Source of the DNA: Eledone cirrhosa
Lineage: Eukaryota
Length of the DNA stretch: 64,000 nt
Assembly: GCA_964016885.1 (NCBI GenBank)
Contig: OZ024755.1
Span: 18,662,001-18,726,000, forward strand
Direction of reading: 5' to 3'
The position numbers and the translations under genes are program-made. Position 1 is the stretch's first letter. Each line of letters starts with the position of its first letter. Shown here one piece after another: positions 27,375 through 40,734 of this stretch. Under the pieces are notes generated by a model. The model saw only the letters and a program-made list of their open reading frames with translations. It did not search any database and was not told the origin of the DNA.

Positions 27375-27720
27375 CTTTCACTGTGCTTCAATATGATACA
27401 TCATCATACATAATGTGATACGATAGGGGGTGGGCTTCACTGCCCTTCAATATGATACATCATCATACATAATGTGATACGATAGGGGGTGGGCTTCACT
27501 GTCCTTCAATATGAAACATCATCATACATAATGTGATACGATGGGGGGGGGGATGGCTTCACTGCCCTTCAATATGATACACCATCATACATAATGTGAT
27601 ACGACAGGGGGGGTTTACTGCCCTTCAATATAAATCATGATATATGTAACATGATATGGGGGAAGTGGGGCTTCGCTGCCCTTCATTATTATAAATCATC
27701 ATATATAATGTGATATGGGT
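27375..27720. repeat. 59-bp tandem repeat, ~6 copies
   Basis: CTTCACTGCCCTTCAATATGATACATCATCATACATAATGTGATACGATAGGGGGTGGG unit. Confidence 0.9.
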
Positions 27721-28333
27721 CCTCATATTTAGAAGAGAAAGGAAGAATAAAATTGTAATATTCAAGGTTTTTACACTAAAATATATTAACTCAGTAAATA
27801 GGTCACTTTCCTTTCTAGAATACTTTGAAATGGAAATTGCTGCTTTAGTTCTCCAAGAATTTACTGATGTTCTAAGGTAAAACTCCAGTGAACAAACAGG
27901 ATAATCACACTCATACACACTGCTTCAGTACTAACTTGGTCTATATAAACCCGTCCAACCCTTACTAGCAGGGAAAGCAGACAACAATGATGACAATGAT
28001 GATGATGATATAAGAGCTTATGTTTTGGTACAAATCCAAATTGGATTACATCCAACACTAACTTCCTAATATCTTCTTCCATCTTCTTCACAAGTTTTTA
28101 TATTCAGTTGATGTTTCTATAATTTCATCTGACACCAATATTTCCTTATCAATTACTGCTTCATCATCATCTTCTAATAGTAGTTGATGATGATGATGAT
28201 GAAGATTATCATCATCATCATCATGGACTTTCTAGATCAGACATCATCATGGATAACATATTTACAGCTTGGTGTGAGTGTGAAAACAACCTAACTTTGA
28301 TTTCAGCATCTCAGAAACTATTCATCTTTTTAA

Positions 28334-28554
28334 CCCTTTGGCATTTAAACCTGCCGTATCAGGCCAGAGTTCTCTCACCTCTTTTTGTTCAAACTGGCCG
28401 TAATCAACTGCTCATACTTATGTTAAGGTATTGTTCTCAAAATAAATAATATCAAAATCTCATAGATTCGATATTATGTGGGATAATTATGTGAGATAAA
28501 GCCTTTGCAGTGAAAATACAGTAGTATATATAGAGTAATGTAAATGCTAAAGGG
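28334..28554 (+). mobile_element. piggyBac-like MITE, intact ends
   Basis: TTAA-CCCTTTGGCATTT...AAATGCTAAAGGG-TTAA. Confidence 0.8.
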
Positions 28555-28829
28555 TTAATTGCTCTAATACTGGAAAGTTTCCCTATGATATGTCGAGTAG
28601 TAAAGATATTACTGGTACTCGATATTGCTGGTATTCATCTTAGTAAAAAAGTACAAAAGAGATTTGATTTTTCTTCTCGCCTCTCATTACACTAAACATG
28701 TTGTCCTGAGATTTACTGAACCCATGTGGTGTCCAGTTTAAAAAAAAGCCATGCTTCATGAAATTCGCCAACACTACACCTGATATTCCCCCTCCATACA
28801 CATGCACACGTGTGTGTGTGTGTGTGTGT

Positions 28830-28865
<36 letters not shown>

Positions 28866-29008
28866 ATCATGACTCAAACACTGTTCACTTTCCAGATATT
28901 TGTACATTATTCTATGTACTATACATGCACCTTTGATGAGTTGTAGTGCACCCGAGCACTGTTCACATTAATTTTCAATATCATCATTATTATTATTATG
29001 TAGTGTAT

Positions 29009-29395
29009 TGGTGGATTGGCAGTATCTGTAGAGGGTCGGACGGCATGCTTTGCAGCATAGAGTTACGGCCCTTTATGATCTGAGTTCAAATCCTGCCGAG
29101 GTTAACTTTGCCTTTCATCCTTATTGGGTCGATAAAATAAAGTACCAGTAACACACTGAGACAATTGCTGGCCTTGTGCCAAAAGTAGAAACAAGTATTA
29201 TGCATTATATATTTAGGCTGCACTGTAAATTAATAATTGTTTCCACCAAGGTTAACTTTGCCTTTCATCCTTACGGGGTCCATAAAATAAAGAACCAGTC
29301 ATGCACGGGGGGGGGGGGGGGGGTCGATTTAATCGACTTTCCTCTCCCCCAAAATTGCTGGCCTTGTGCCTATATAAGAAACCATTATTATTATT
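29009..29395 (+). mobile_element. SINE family B copy, transduced spacer and partial older B copy
   Basis: Family match at 29009-29195. 29196-29245 is the reverse complement of the spacer at 19070-19120. A partial SINE lies at 29249-29395. Confidence 0.8.
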
Positions 29396-29411
29396 ATGCA
29401 GTGTCATAATA

Positions 29412-29525
29412 ACGGCCATATCACGCTGAAAACAGCGGTGCTCGTCCGATCACCGAAGTTAAGCAACGTCGAGCCTAGTTAGTACTTAGATGGGTGACCG
29501 CTTGGGAACCCTAGGTGCCGTAAGC
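29412..29525 (+). pseudogene. 5S rRNA: Processed 5S rRNA copy (5' ~4 nt missing, A-rich tail)
   Basis: ACGGCCATATCACGCTGAAAACAGCGGTGCTCGTCCGATCACCGAAGTTAAGCAACGTCGAGCCTAGTTAGTACTTAGATGGGTGACCGCTTGGGAACCCTAGGTGCCGTAAGC is metazoan 5S with box A and box C. It is followed by ~50 nt of A-rich sequence rather than a T-run terminator, and it is a single copy. Confidence 0.9.
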
Positions 29526-29575
29526 GTAAAAAAAAAAAATAAAAAAAATAAAAAAAAATAAAGTAAAAAAAAAAA

Positions 29576-29940
29576 GGGCGGTGGATTGGCAGTATCGGTA
29601 GAGGGTCGGACGCCATGCTTTCCAGCATAGTTACGTCCCTTTACGATCCGAGTTCAAATCCCGCCGAGGTTGACTTTGCCTTTCATCCTTACGGGGTCGA
29701 TAGAATAAAGTACCAGTAATGCACTGGGTAATTGCTGGCCTTGTGCCTAAAGTAGAAACAATTATTATTATTATGCTTTGCAGCATAGAGTTACGTCCCT
29801 TTACGACCTGAGTTCAAATCCCGCCGAGGTTAGTTAACTTTGCCTTTCATCCTTACGGGGTCGATAGAATAAAGTACCAGTAATGCACTGGGTAATTGCT
29901 GGCCTTGTGCCTAAAGTAGAAACCATTATTATTATTATTC
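29576..29940 (+). mobile_element. Two tandem SINE family B copies
   Basis: Full copy 29576-29770 and 5'-truncated copy 29773-29940, both with (ATT)n tails. Confidence 0.9.
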
Positions 29941-30177
29941 TTATGCAGTGCTACGTTAAGCAAGCCAGCTGAGTAGATAAAATGTCCGTCTTTGAAATGT
30001 TTCATTATTTTATCTGTGGTTTTTCTCTCGTTGCTGCCTCCTTACAGGAATATTTAAATCAGTTTATACCACGGCAGGATGAATCTGCTCAGATGAATCT
30101 GCTCAGCTGATAACTTCTAATACATCAATACATGTAGAAGTTGTGCAACAATGAAATTGTGCTTTTCACTAGATAAT

Positions 30178-30192
30178 ACATAAACTACATAC

Positions 30193-30231
<39 letters not shown>

Positions 30232-30275
30232 TTTATATATACATACATACATATATACATACATAAACTACATAC

Positions 30276-30314
<39 letters not shown>

Positions 30315-30702
30315 TTTATATATATATACATACATATATACATACATAAACTATATACACTTTATATATATATATATATATACACTTTATGTATACATAC
30401 ATATATACATACATACATAAACTATATACACTTTATATATATATATATATATATACACTTTATATATACATACATACATACATATATACATACATAAACT
30501 ACATACACTTTATATATATATATATACACTTTATATATACATACATACATATATACATACATAAACTACATACACTTTATATATATATATACACTTTATA
30601 TATACATACATACATAAACTACATACACTTTATATATATATATATATACACTTTATATATACATACATACATACATATTTACACACACAAACACAAACAA
30701 AC

Positions 30703-30735
<33 letters not shown>
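30178..30735. repeat. Compound TA/CATA minisatellite
   Basis: TACATACATAAACTACATACACTTTATATA unit with variable (TA)n. Confidence 0.85.
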
Positions 30736-30737
<2 letters not shown>

Positions 30738-31173
30738 GTTATATTACATTATCTACATATAAAAGACCCAATAAAAAGAAATATTGATTTTATCTTCTAG
30801 CTCTGACATAATATAATATAATAATGACTTTATATTTCTATGCAAAGTGTAATTTCAGTTAAAGCAGCAACAGCGGCCATTTTGCCATTTTTGCAAAGAT
30901 TTCAATTCAATAATAAGTTGGTTCTTAAAACTTATCTTGTATTTCATTGATTGCCTTAGAGAGAGTGAGAGAGAGAGTGGGAGTGAGAGAGAGAGAAGCA
31001 TGAGAGAGAGATGGGGGGAGAGAAGCATGAGAGAGAGAGAAGCATGAAAGAGAGAGGGAGAGAGAGAGAAGCATGAGAGGGAGAGAGAGAGAAGCATGAG
31101 AGGGAGAGAGAGAGAAGCATGAGAGAGAGGATAAGAAATCAGAGTAGAGGAAAAAAGCGAGCAAGGGAGTGGG

Positions 31174-31714
31174 ATAGAGAAATATAGGTGGGGGAATGGA
31201 GGGGAGGTTATAGTACACTATACAATAGAGAGAAATATAGGAGGGGGAATGGAGGGGAGGTTATAGTACACTATACAATAGAGAGAAATATAGGAGGGGG
31301 AATGGAGGGGAGGTTATAGTACACTATACAATAGAGAGAAATATAGGAGGGGGAATGGAGGGGAGGTTATAGTACACTATACAATAGAGAGAAATATAGG
31401 AGGGGGAATGGAGGGGAGGTTATAGTACACTATACAATAGAGAGAAATATAGGAGGGGGAATGGAGGGGAGGTTATAGTACACTATACAATAGAGAGAAA
31501 TATAGGAGGGGGAATGGAGGGGAGGTTATAGTACACTATACAATAGAGAGAAATATAGGAGGGGGAATGGAGGGGAGGTTATAGTACACTATACAATAGA
31601 GAGAAATATAGGAGGGGGAATGGAGGGGAGGTTATAGTACACTATACAATAGAGAGAAATATAGGAGGGGGAATGGAGGGGAGGTTATAGTACACTATAC
31701 AATAGAGAGAAATA
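31174..31714. repeat. 53-bp tandem repeat, ~10 near-identical copies
   Basis: AGAGAGAAATATAGGAGGGGGAATGGAGGGGAGGTTATAGTACACTATACAAT recurs at 31208, 31261 and so on. Confidence 0.95.
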
Positions 31715-31933
31715 GAAGAAAATTGGAGAATTGAAGACAGAGAGAGTCAAGTAGAAAAATGGGACAAAGAAGTGACAAAAGAATGTGTAGGAAAGGAGGA
31801 GGAGAAGAGAGAGGAGAGAAAGGGGGAGAGAAAGGGAAATAATGGTTGATAAAATAAAGTACCAGTAACACACTGAGGTAAATTTAATTGACCCCCTGCC
31901 ACACCACCACAAAAAAAAAATCATTGGCCTCAT

Positions 31934-32114
31934 ATTGGCAGTATCAGTAGAGGGTCGAATGCCATGCTTTGCAGCATAGTTACGTCCCTTTACGGATTGA
32001 GTTCAAATCCCGCTGAGGTTAACTTTGCCTTTCATCTTTACGGGGTCGATAAAATAAAGTACCAGTAATACACTGGGTAATTGCTGGCCTTGTGCCAAAA
32101 GTAGAAACAATTAT
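31934..32114 (+). mobile_element. SINE family B
   Basis: Family match. Confidence 0.85.
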
Positions 32115-32835
32115 TAAGCTGATATTTGAAACATAACTTAAGAAAAGTTCTTACATAATAAATACCACAAATGAATTATCAAAATAAAAATAGGCAAACC
32201 AAAATGGCATTAATCTAAAAGTTGACATCTTTTAAATGATGATATGCTAATGATAATATGATGATATGCTAATGATAATATGATAATATGATGATATGCT
32301 AATGATAATATGATAATATGATGATATGCTAATGATAATATGAAAATATTATCATTGGTGTATATGAAGATGAAGGCTTCATTTAGAAGAAACATGTTTA
32401 TACAAAAACATAATTAGAAGCCACTTTGGAAGTAGAGCGAAGACTACCTGGATCAACAGGGAAAATATAGAGAAGCCAGTCACACTAGGCAAGATAGAAG
32501 ACTGCTGATAGATTACAGTGAAATAGTGAAGGTGTGTGGCTTAGTGGCTAGAGAACTGGATTCACAACCATGAGGTTGTGAGTTTGACACTTTATTTCAC
32601 ATTGCTTTTTCTGCTAGGTGTTGTGACTGGGAGATACTATCAACAAGTGGAAAAAAAAACAATGGAAACATTGTTTCCTCGGTCCAATCTGATGAGATCC
32701 ACCCTACTCAATAAGCAAGTGAGGTCTGGGATCTTTTCGTTCATTCCTGGAGTGATAGAAGGTGGTTGTTGAAGCTCTGGCAGAGTATGACATATGTTGA
32801 TGAATTTGATCAAACGAGAGAGCCTTTATGTGGTT

Positions 32836-34982
32836 ACTCCCATCTCTACAAATGATGACTAACTCCCATCTCTACAAATGATGACTAACCCCTATCTCTA
32901 CAAATGATGACTAACCCCCATCTCTACAAATGATGACTAACCCCTATCTCTACAAATGATGACTAACCCCTATCTCTACAAATGATGACTAACTCCCATC
33001 TCTACAAATGATGACTAACCCCTATCTCTACAAATGATGACTAACTCCCATCTCTACAAATGATGACTAACCCCTATCTCTACAAATGATGACTAACCCC
33101 TATCTCTACAAATGATGACTAACCCCTATCTCTACAAATGATGACTAACCCCTATCTCTACAAATGATGACTAACTCCCATCTCTACAAATGATGACTAA
33201 CCCCTATCTCTACAAATGATGACTAACCCCTATCTCTACAAATGATGACTAACCCCTATCTCTACAAATGATGACTAACTCCCATCTCTACAAATGATGA
33301 CTAACCCCTATCTCTACAAATGATGACTAACCCCTATCTCTACAAATGATGACTAACTCCCATCTCTACAAATGATGACTAACTCCCATCTCTACAAATG
33401 ATGACTAACTCCCATCTCTACAAATGATGACTAACTCCCATCTCTACAAATGATGACTAACTCCCATCTCTACAAATGATGACTAACCCCTATCTCTACA
33501 AATGATGACTAACCCCTATCTCTACAAATGATGACTAACTCCCATCTCTACAAATGATGACTAACTCCCATCTCTACAAATGATGACTAACCCCTATCTC
33601 TACACAATGATGACTAACTTCCATCTCTACAAATGATGACTAACCCCTATCTCTACACAATGATGACCAACTCCCATCTCTACACAATGATGACTAACTT
33701 CCATCTCTACAAATGATGACCAACTCCCATCTCTACACAATGATGACTAACTCCCATCTCTACAAATGATGACTAACCCCTATCTCTACACAATGATGAC
33801 TAACTTCCATCTCTACAAATGATGACCAACTCCCATCTCTACAAATGATGACCAACTCCCATCTCTACAAATGATGACCAACTCCCATCTCTACACAATG
33901 ATGACTAACTTCCATCTCTACAAATGATGACCAACTCCCATCTCTACAAATGATGTCTAACTCCCATCTCTACACAATGATGACTAACCCCTATCTCTAC
34001 AAATGATGACTAACTCCCATCTCTACAAATGATGACTAACTCCCATCTCTACAAATGATGACTAACCCCTATCTCTACACAATGATGACTAACTTCCATC
34101 TCTACAAATGATGACTAACCCCTATCTCTACACAATGATGACCAACTCCCATCTCTACACAATGATGACTAACTTCCATCTCTACAAATGATGACCAACT
34201 CCCATCTCTACAAATGATGACCAACTCCCATCTCTACACAATGATGACTAACCCCTATCTCTACAAATGATGACTAACCCCTATCTCTACAAATGATGAC
34301 TAACCCCTATCTCTACAAATGATGACTAACCCCTATCTCTACAAATGATGACTAACCCCTATCTCTACAAATGATGACTAACCCCTATCTCTACAAATGA
34401 TGACCAACTCCCATCTCTACACAATGATGACTAACTTCCATCTCTACAAATGATGACCAACTCCCATCTCTACAAATGATGACCAACTCCCATCTCTACA
34501 AATGATGTCTAACTCCCATCTCTACACAATGATGACTAACTCCCATCTCTACAAATGATGACTAACTCCCATCTCTATGAATGATGTCTAAATCCTATCT
34601 CTACACAATGATGACTAACTCCTATCTCTACAAATGATGACTAACTCCCATCTCTATGAATGATGTCTAAATCCTATCTCTACACAATGATGACTAACTC
34701 CCATCTCTACAAATGATGACTAACTCCCATCTCTACGAATGATGTCTAAATCCTATCTCTACACAATGATGACTAACTCCCATCTCTACAAATGATGACT
34801 AACTCCCATCTCTACGAATGATGTCTAAATCCTATCTCTACACAATGATGACTAACCCCTATCTCTACACAATGATGACTAACTCCCATCTCTACGAATG
34901 ATGTCTAAATCCTATCTCTACACAATGATGACTAACTACTATCTCTACACAAATAAGGACTAACTACTATTTCTACACAATG
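32836..34982. repeat. 26/27-bp minisatellite, ~2.1 kb (~80 copies)
   Basis: ATCTCTACAAATGATGACTAACCCCT and ...ACTCCC variants. Divergence increases towards the right end. Confidence 0.95.
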
Positions 34983-35717
34983 TTATATTTTCAAATAAAA
35001 TCTAACTACTTATGAGTGAACATTCAGATGAATTAGGACTGACATAAAATAAAATAAACATATGGTATTTATTTTATAGGATACTAAAGATTGCCATCTA
35101 AATAAAAACATCACAGCTCATTTCATAAGTTATGCCACTTTTCAATATCGGTAAAGTTTAATAGAACCCATTATAGGATTAGTTGAACCCTTTTGTTAAT
35201 ATAGTTCTAATTAAAGACACTGCCTATGTTTTTAAACCTTTCATTACCATATTTCTAATAAAAGACGTTGCCTGTCTTTAACCCTTTAATTACTATATTT
35301 ATAATGAAAGACACTCTCTATGTCATTAACCCTTTCATTACCATATTTCTAATGAAAGACACAGCCTATGATTTTCAAATAATTAAAAAAAAAAAAAATC
35401 AAGAATATTGAAGGATTTAGTAAAATAACTAACTTTCTCATTATTAAGCTGGTTTTTGGAGCACAACTTAACAAAGGTTCTTATGATGAAACATTTTTAG
35501 ATATAGCAAACATCCACTTGACAGCTTCTTTTTTATTTCTATACAAGGACAAAATTTCATCAGCCTTGGCAACATACAACAACAAACATTTTAAAACCAG
35601 TTTCTTTACTAAAGCCAAGGTTAGTCTTGCAGGCTCCATAATAGGTTTCATGGGATTCTTTATGAGACAATGTTCTTTTCTTGTACCAAACCTTTTAGTC
35701 AACTCTTAGAACAGACA

Positions 35718-36475
35718 GGGATCTGGTGTACTTGTTCCTAACCAGATATACACATGAACCCTGGTATGAAACTATAACATAACACAACTAAATGCTTCAA
35801 ACCAGGGACCTGGTGTATCTATTTGTAACCAGGTACACACATCAACTCTGGTCTGATGTGAACTGAAAATGTAACATCACACAACCAAATGCTGCAAACC
35901 AAAGACCTGGTGTATTTATTTGTAACCAAGTACACACATCAACTCTGGTATGATGTGAACTGAAAATGTAACATCACACAACCAAATGCTGCAAACCAAA
36001 GACCTGGTGTATTTATTTGTAACCAAGTACACACATCAACTCTGGTATGATGTGAACTGAAAATGTAACATCACACAACCAAATGCTGCAAACCAGGGAC
36101 CTGGTGTATTTATTTGTAACCAAGTACACACATCAACTCTGGTATGATGTGAACTGAAAATGTAACATCACACAACCAAATGCTGCAAACCAGGGACCTG
36201 GTGTATTTATTTGTAACCAAGTACACACATCAACTCTGGTATGATGTGAACTGAAAATGTAACATCACACAACCAAATGCTGCAAACCAGGGACCTGGTG
36301 TATCTATTTGTAACCAGGTACACACATCAACTCTGGTATGATGTGAACTGAAAATATAACATCACACAACCAAATGCTGCAAACCAGGGACCTGGTGTAT
36401 TTATTTGTAACCAAGTACACACATCAACTCTGGTATGATGTGAACTGAAAATGTAAAGACTCAACTAAATGCTGT
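35718..36475. repeat. 97-bp tandem repeat, ~7.5 copies
   Basis: GACCTGGTGTAT recurs at 35807, 35904, 36001, 36098 and so on. Confidence 0.95.
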
Positions 36476-39059
36476 AAAACATTTATTCTAACAGTGTACT
36501 AAATCTGCTATTAATAATAATCACAATTATTATTCTTGCATTATGGTAAGAGTTAGACAACTGCGTATGTAAAACAGACAGAATATTAATCTATCTGTGT
36601 CTAAGGTAACATTATGTTCAGTGAAGCAGACATATCTAATTAGAATAAGTTTTACAACTGGCTAACTTTCTTGCCACCATATGGAAATAGAAAAGTGATA
36701 AGGAAATATGTGAAGCTGTTAAAAACTAGAATAGTAACAATTATTGATATAGCCAACAGCCTGACAGAGAAGATTCTGGAAAAATTACCAGAAAAATACT
36801 TGGAATACTGTATCAAGAATAGCCCATCATTGGTGCATGCAAGCGTGTGCATCCACAGACACCCACACAAATACACTAGAATTACATATAAATCCCCTTC
36901 ACACAAGTTAAGTATAAACAGGAGCCAAAAATGTGTATCTATGTGGATGCTCGATCTGTTAGAAATAGTACCCAAATATATATGTGTTGGCCATTGCCTT
37001 ACCCTTGGGGGACTACTAGTCTTCCATAAACACACCTGGCCTAGGGGTAAAACCATGGTTATTCATAAACTATATTTACATTGGCTGTCTTTGGTGGTTG
37101 TATTTGTAACAGAAAACAGACTACTTATTTTTAAAATAACTTTTTTAAATTTTATAAAATAATTATAAAAATGTTACTTATAGGAATACTACTAAGAAAA
37201 AGCTTGAATCAGAATGTTCTGAACATAAAATCTCTTATCTTAGGGGCTGGTGGTGGAATAAAAAAGGGGGTAGGGTAAGGAGTGTTTGAGGACTCTGCTC
37301 CCCAACGACTCTCCAAGGCATATGTGGGCAAAGAAGAAGTAACAGGTAAGTATTAAATAAATCTTTTTGATGTTCACTCATATGTGTAAAGATAGAATTT
37401 CTTTCTTATTTAGAAACGGGGAAATAAAACTGTCTTTCATTCAGTCTTCATGGTTTGAACAATGACCAAAGTACGTTTAATTTTCCCACCAGCACAACAT
37501 AAAAGCTTCCCAAATATCTTACAATCACATTTCCACAGTTGAATTAGTTAATGGGACATCAACAGTTTAAAAACCAACATATTTGAAGTTTGTTAGTCAC
37601 GATGTCTTGTGTTTGATGTAGGGGAAAATAGGTGAGGAGGGGGGATAAGAAAAACAAAGCAACTATAAACTAAAAATGACTCCTGTGAAATTAGCTACTA
37701 AAGGTTTGACCAACCTATCAGGTACCAATTGTAACTATTACCAAGGTAACTATAAACCAATGTAGGTGATTATATATTGTACTATGTGACACATTACCTA
37801 TCAAGTGATGGATCTAACGTCTGAAATGAGGTTTAATTTGTATTGTAGTCCACAGCATTTTAAACCTAGGTTTAAGAAATCTTCATCTATCTATTATTAT
37901 TATAGGTTTGAGCTAGCTAACATAGAAGACATAAAAAGCAAATGCACACAAAACATCAATAACCTAATTAGTCAAATACTGAAGGCCAGCAAATGCACAC
38001 AAAACATCAATAACCTAATTAGTCAAATACTGAAGGCCAGTCGATAGATCCATAACTTCAAGAGATATCAGATGACCACTGGGTTAATTTGGTTTAAATT
38101 ACAATAATTGACCAGCATTCTAGTCAGTACTTCTCTATCTTTATTATCGGGAAAGAGGGGTCATGGCTATCTTAAAATTTAGAAACTGAAATAAGATGAT
38201 CAAGGAGGATATTTTGCCTGTAATATTGTAATATTGAATAACTGAAGCAACTAACTACATAAAAGATTCTGTGTTGGTTTATATTGAGGATCTTGTTAAG
38301 TAAATGTTGGTCAACTATCTCAATATAAACAGATCTGCAACAGAGAAGGAAGGAAACGGTATAATATAATATACCTTACACATTCAACATGTCAACTCTG
38401 ATCATCTATTTCAGCATCTTTGGTTACAATATTGAGAAATTAAAGATTTTAATCAACCAGAACTTGATTCAACAGAAAACTATAAATCATCAACATTTTG
38501 ATTCTTCTTTTTCTTGAGCCATCCCTCCTTCGAAGGTGAAGCATCTTCATTAATTTGTTTGCAAGCAGCTGCTGGTGTCCACAAATATTCTCTAACCTAG
38601 GGCCCTTAGTTTCATTAATCTGGTGTCCCCAAATGTCCTCTAATCCAGGGCCCTTAGTCTCATTGATCTGGTGTCCCTAAATGTTGTATTGTTGATGGAC
38701 TAAGTTTAGTAATACTGAGGAGAGAAGAAACCTTATTCATTCAGAAATAACCTGAGCAAGCTTTCATATTATGCCTTATTTCGTAGTTTGACCCATACTA
38801 GTGTGGAACAATGGATGTGTGATGGTGATGATGATGATGATAATGATGATGGTGGTGATGACAATGAGTCAGGATAAATGAACATGTATTTATTAGTGTT
38901 TATATGACGGAGAAATTTCACTGCATGCTTGCATGTCTCTATGCACCGGAGAGAGTATTTCTGCATAAACACATACATACATAAATAAATATATATATAT
39001 ATATAGCATATTATATATATATATATATATCGGCATCATCATCATCCTTGCTAGAAATG

Positions 39060-39113
<54 letters not shown>

Positions 39114-39443
39114 GTATATATGTGTATGTGTGATTGTTATATTAGTTTCCTATTAAAAGGGATCTATTGGAGGGAACTTCCTGTAAATATTGATATTTTA
39201 TCAGGAATCCAACAAAACCAATTGAGATAGTCTTTTCACACAGAAATAACAACAACAAATTTCACAGCCACTAATTTCCTATAGAATTCACTCTCCACCC
39301 TCTTGCCCAATTTCCACCCCTCATGATACCCCCACCCAGTTAAATTTAGATAAGGAGACATAATGCATAAAACATTTATAAAGAACACTGCACCTGTTCT
39401 GTTGCAGTGGACAGTGTTATGAGAATAGGTTAATATTGGAGAA

Positions 39444-39728
39444 AACTGATTCTGGCTTGATTTCTACAGCTGGATGCCCTTCCTAACACCAACCTCATTT
39501 ACAGTGAGTGCTGGGTGCTTTTTTTGCCGTGGCACCTCCACGACCACTTTGCAGTGAAATGGTAGGGACCCCAGTCCCTATCATCTCATTTCTACAGCTG
39601 AGTAAACTGGAGCAATGTGAAATAAAGTGCCTTGCTCAAGGAAACAACACATCACCCGGTCTGAGAATTGAACTCACAACCTTTCGATTACAAGTCCAAT
39701 GCTCTAACCATTAAGCCATGTGCCTCCA
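39444..39728 (-). mobile_element. SINE family A (tail truncated)
   Basis: Family match. Confidence 0.85.
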
Positions 39729-39952
39729 TTATCCTAATATCAACCAGTGTCACTATTATCCTAATATCAACCAATTCTAATGAATAGGTGGTGCTATTAA
39801 GTTAGACATGGGCTGGGCCAATACTGGCCCCAAGTTATCAAAGTTATATATATATAATTAATCAGATTATGTGTTTAACACCAACCCTTCAGTATGGAGG
39901 GTAGAACACTCAACAAAGTCCACAATAGGGTCTGTTAACTCCGGAGTAAATT

Positions 39953-40045
39953 TATAAACAAGAGGTATAAGTCAACATTTCATAATTTACTTCTTTTATT
40001 AAAGGAAGTAAATTATGAAGTGTTGACTTATACCTTTTGTTTATA
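39953..40045. repeat. Palindrome, ~45-bp arms
   Basis: TATAAACAAGAGGTATAAGTCAACATTTCATAATTTACTTCTTT pairs with AAAGGAAGTAAATTATGAAGTGTTGACTTATACCTTTTGTTTATA. Confidence 0.85.
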
Positions 40046-40065
40046 CACACACACACACACACACA

Positions 40066-40212
40066 CACGTTCGGCTGGAAAGTTCATAGGCTGACCAAGA
40101 CACTCTCATGAAATGACCAAATGAGGTTTATTTTTTAACATGAAGAGTTGAAATTAATACATGCATCACTCCTTCATAATCAGCCTATGAACTTTTCAAT
40201 CTACCCTCGTAT
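40066..40212. mobile_element. mariner-like MITE
   Basis: TIRs ...GAAAGTTCATAGGCTGA and TCAGCCTATGAACTTTTCAATCTACCCTCGTA, ending in TA. Confidence 0.65.
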
Positions 40213-40734
40213 ACTATATAGTTTGTTTGTCAACCTGTGTCTGAGATTTGGCTGTTATTTCAAGCAAATGAAATGACCACAAGGAGGTTTCTTCCCTGGT
40301 TTGATATTTCCGCATGTTGATCCTATCAAAGTATTTTCCTATTTCTGATGAGTCATACACAGCATGGTGTAATAAAATATTTAAGTAAAAGAGCTTGTTC
40401 TTTGTCAAAGATAGAAGATATGATTGATATTAGTAATTCATCATTAGGAAAGTGATACTTATAGAAACCGTCAATCAGAATATAATAGTTAGTTAACTTG
40501 ATACTGAATTATTCAGCATGTCTGGAACTAAAAATGGCTTCAGAAACTTCATCCCTCAATGAAGAGGTTAATGAAAAATACTGAGAAAGAGGATGTTAAT
40601 ATATAATTACATCTCGTGACGGACAATTTATTTTTCACTTAGATGGAAACAACAAAACATTTACCAAGCAACAATAGTATACAGAAAGACAGATTAAACT
40701 TAACAATTACACCTTTAAATATTTTTGTGAGCTA

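Noticed and set aside
28020-28091. MKKMEEDIRKLVLDVIQFGFVPK as a host exon
   Set aside because: QFGFVP is an RTE RT motif and an RTE-type tail is adjacent, so this is a tiny LINE remnant.
32836-34982. TGATGA in the 26-mer as a hammerhead core or C/D box, or the array as CRISPR-like
   Set aside because: There is no preceding C, no GAAA, no stems and no unique spacers. It is a plain tandem repeat in eukaryotic DNA.
35718-36475. 97-bp tandem repeat as a retrozyme-like ribozyme array
   Set aside because: It contains CTGAAAA and TGATG but no CTGANGA...GAAA core on either strand.
36652-37162. 163-aa and 134-aa ORFs in non-repetitive sequence
   Set aside because: There is no recognisable motif or convincing splice signal, and the starts are non-ATG or arbitrary.
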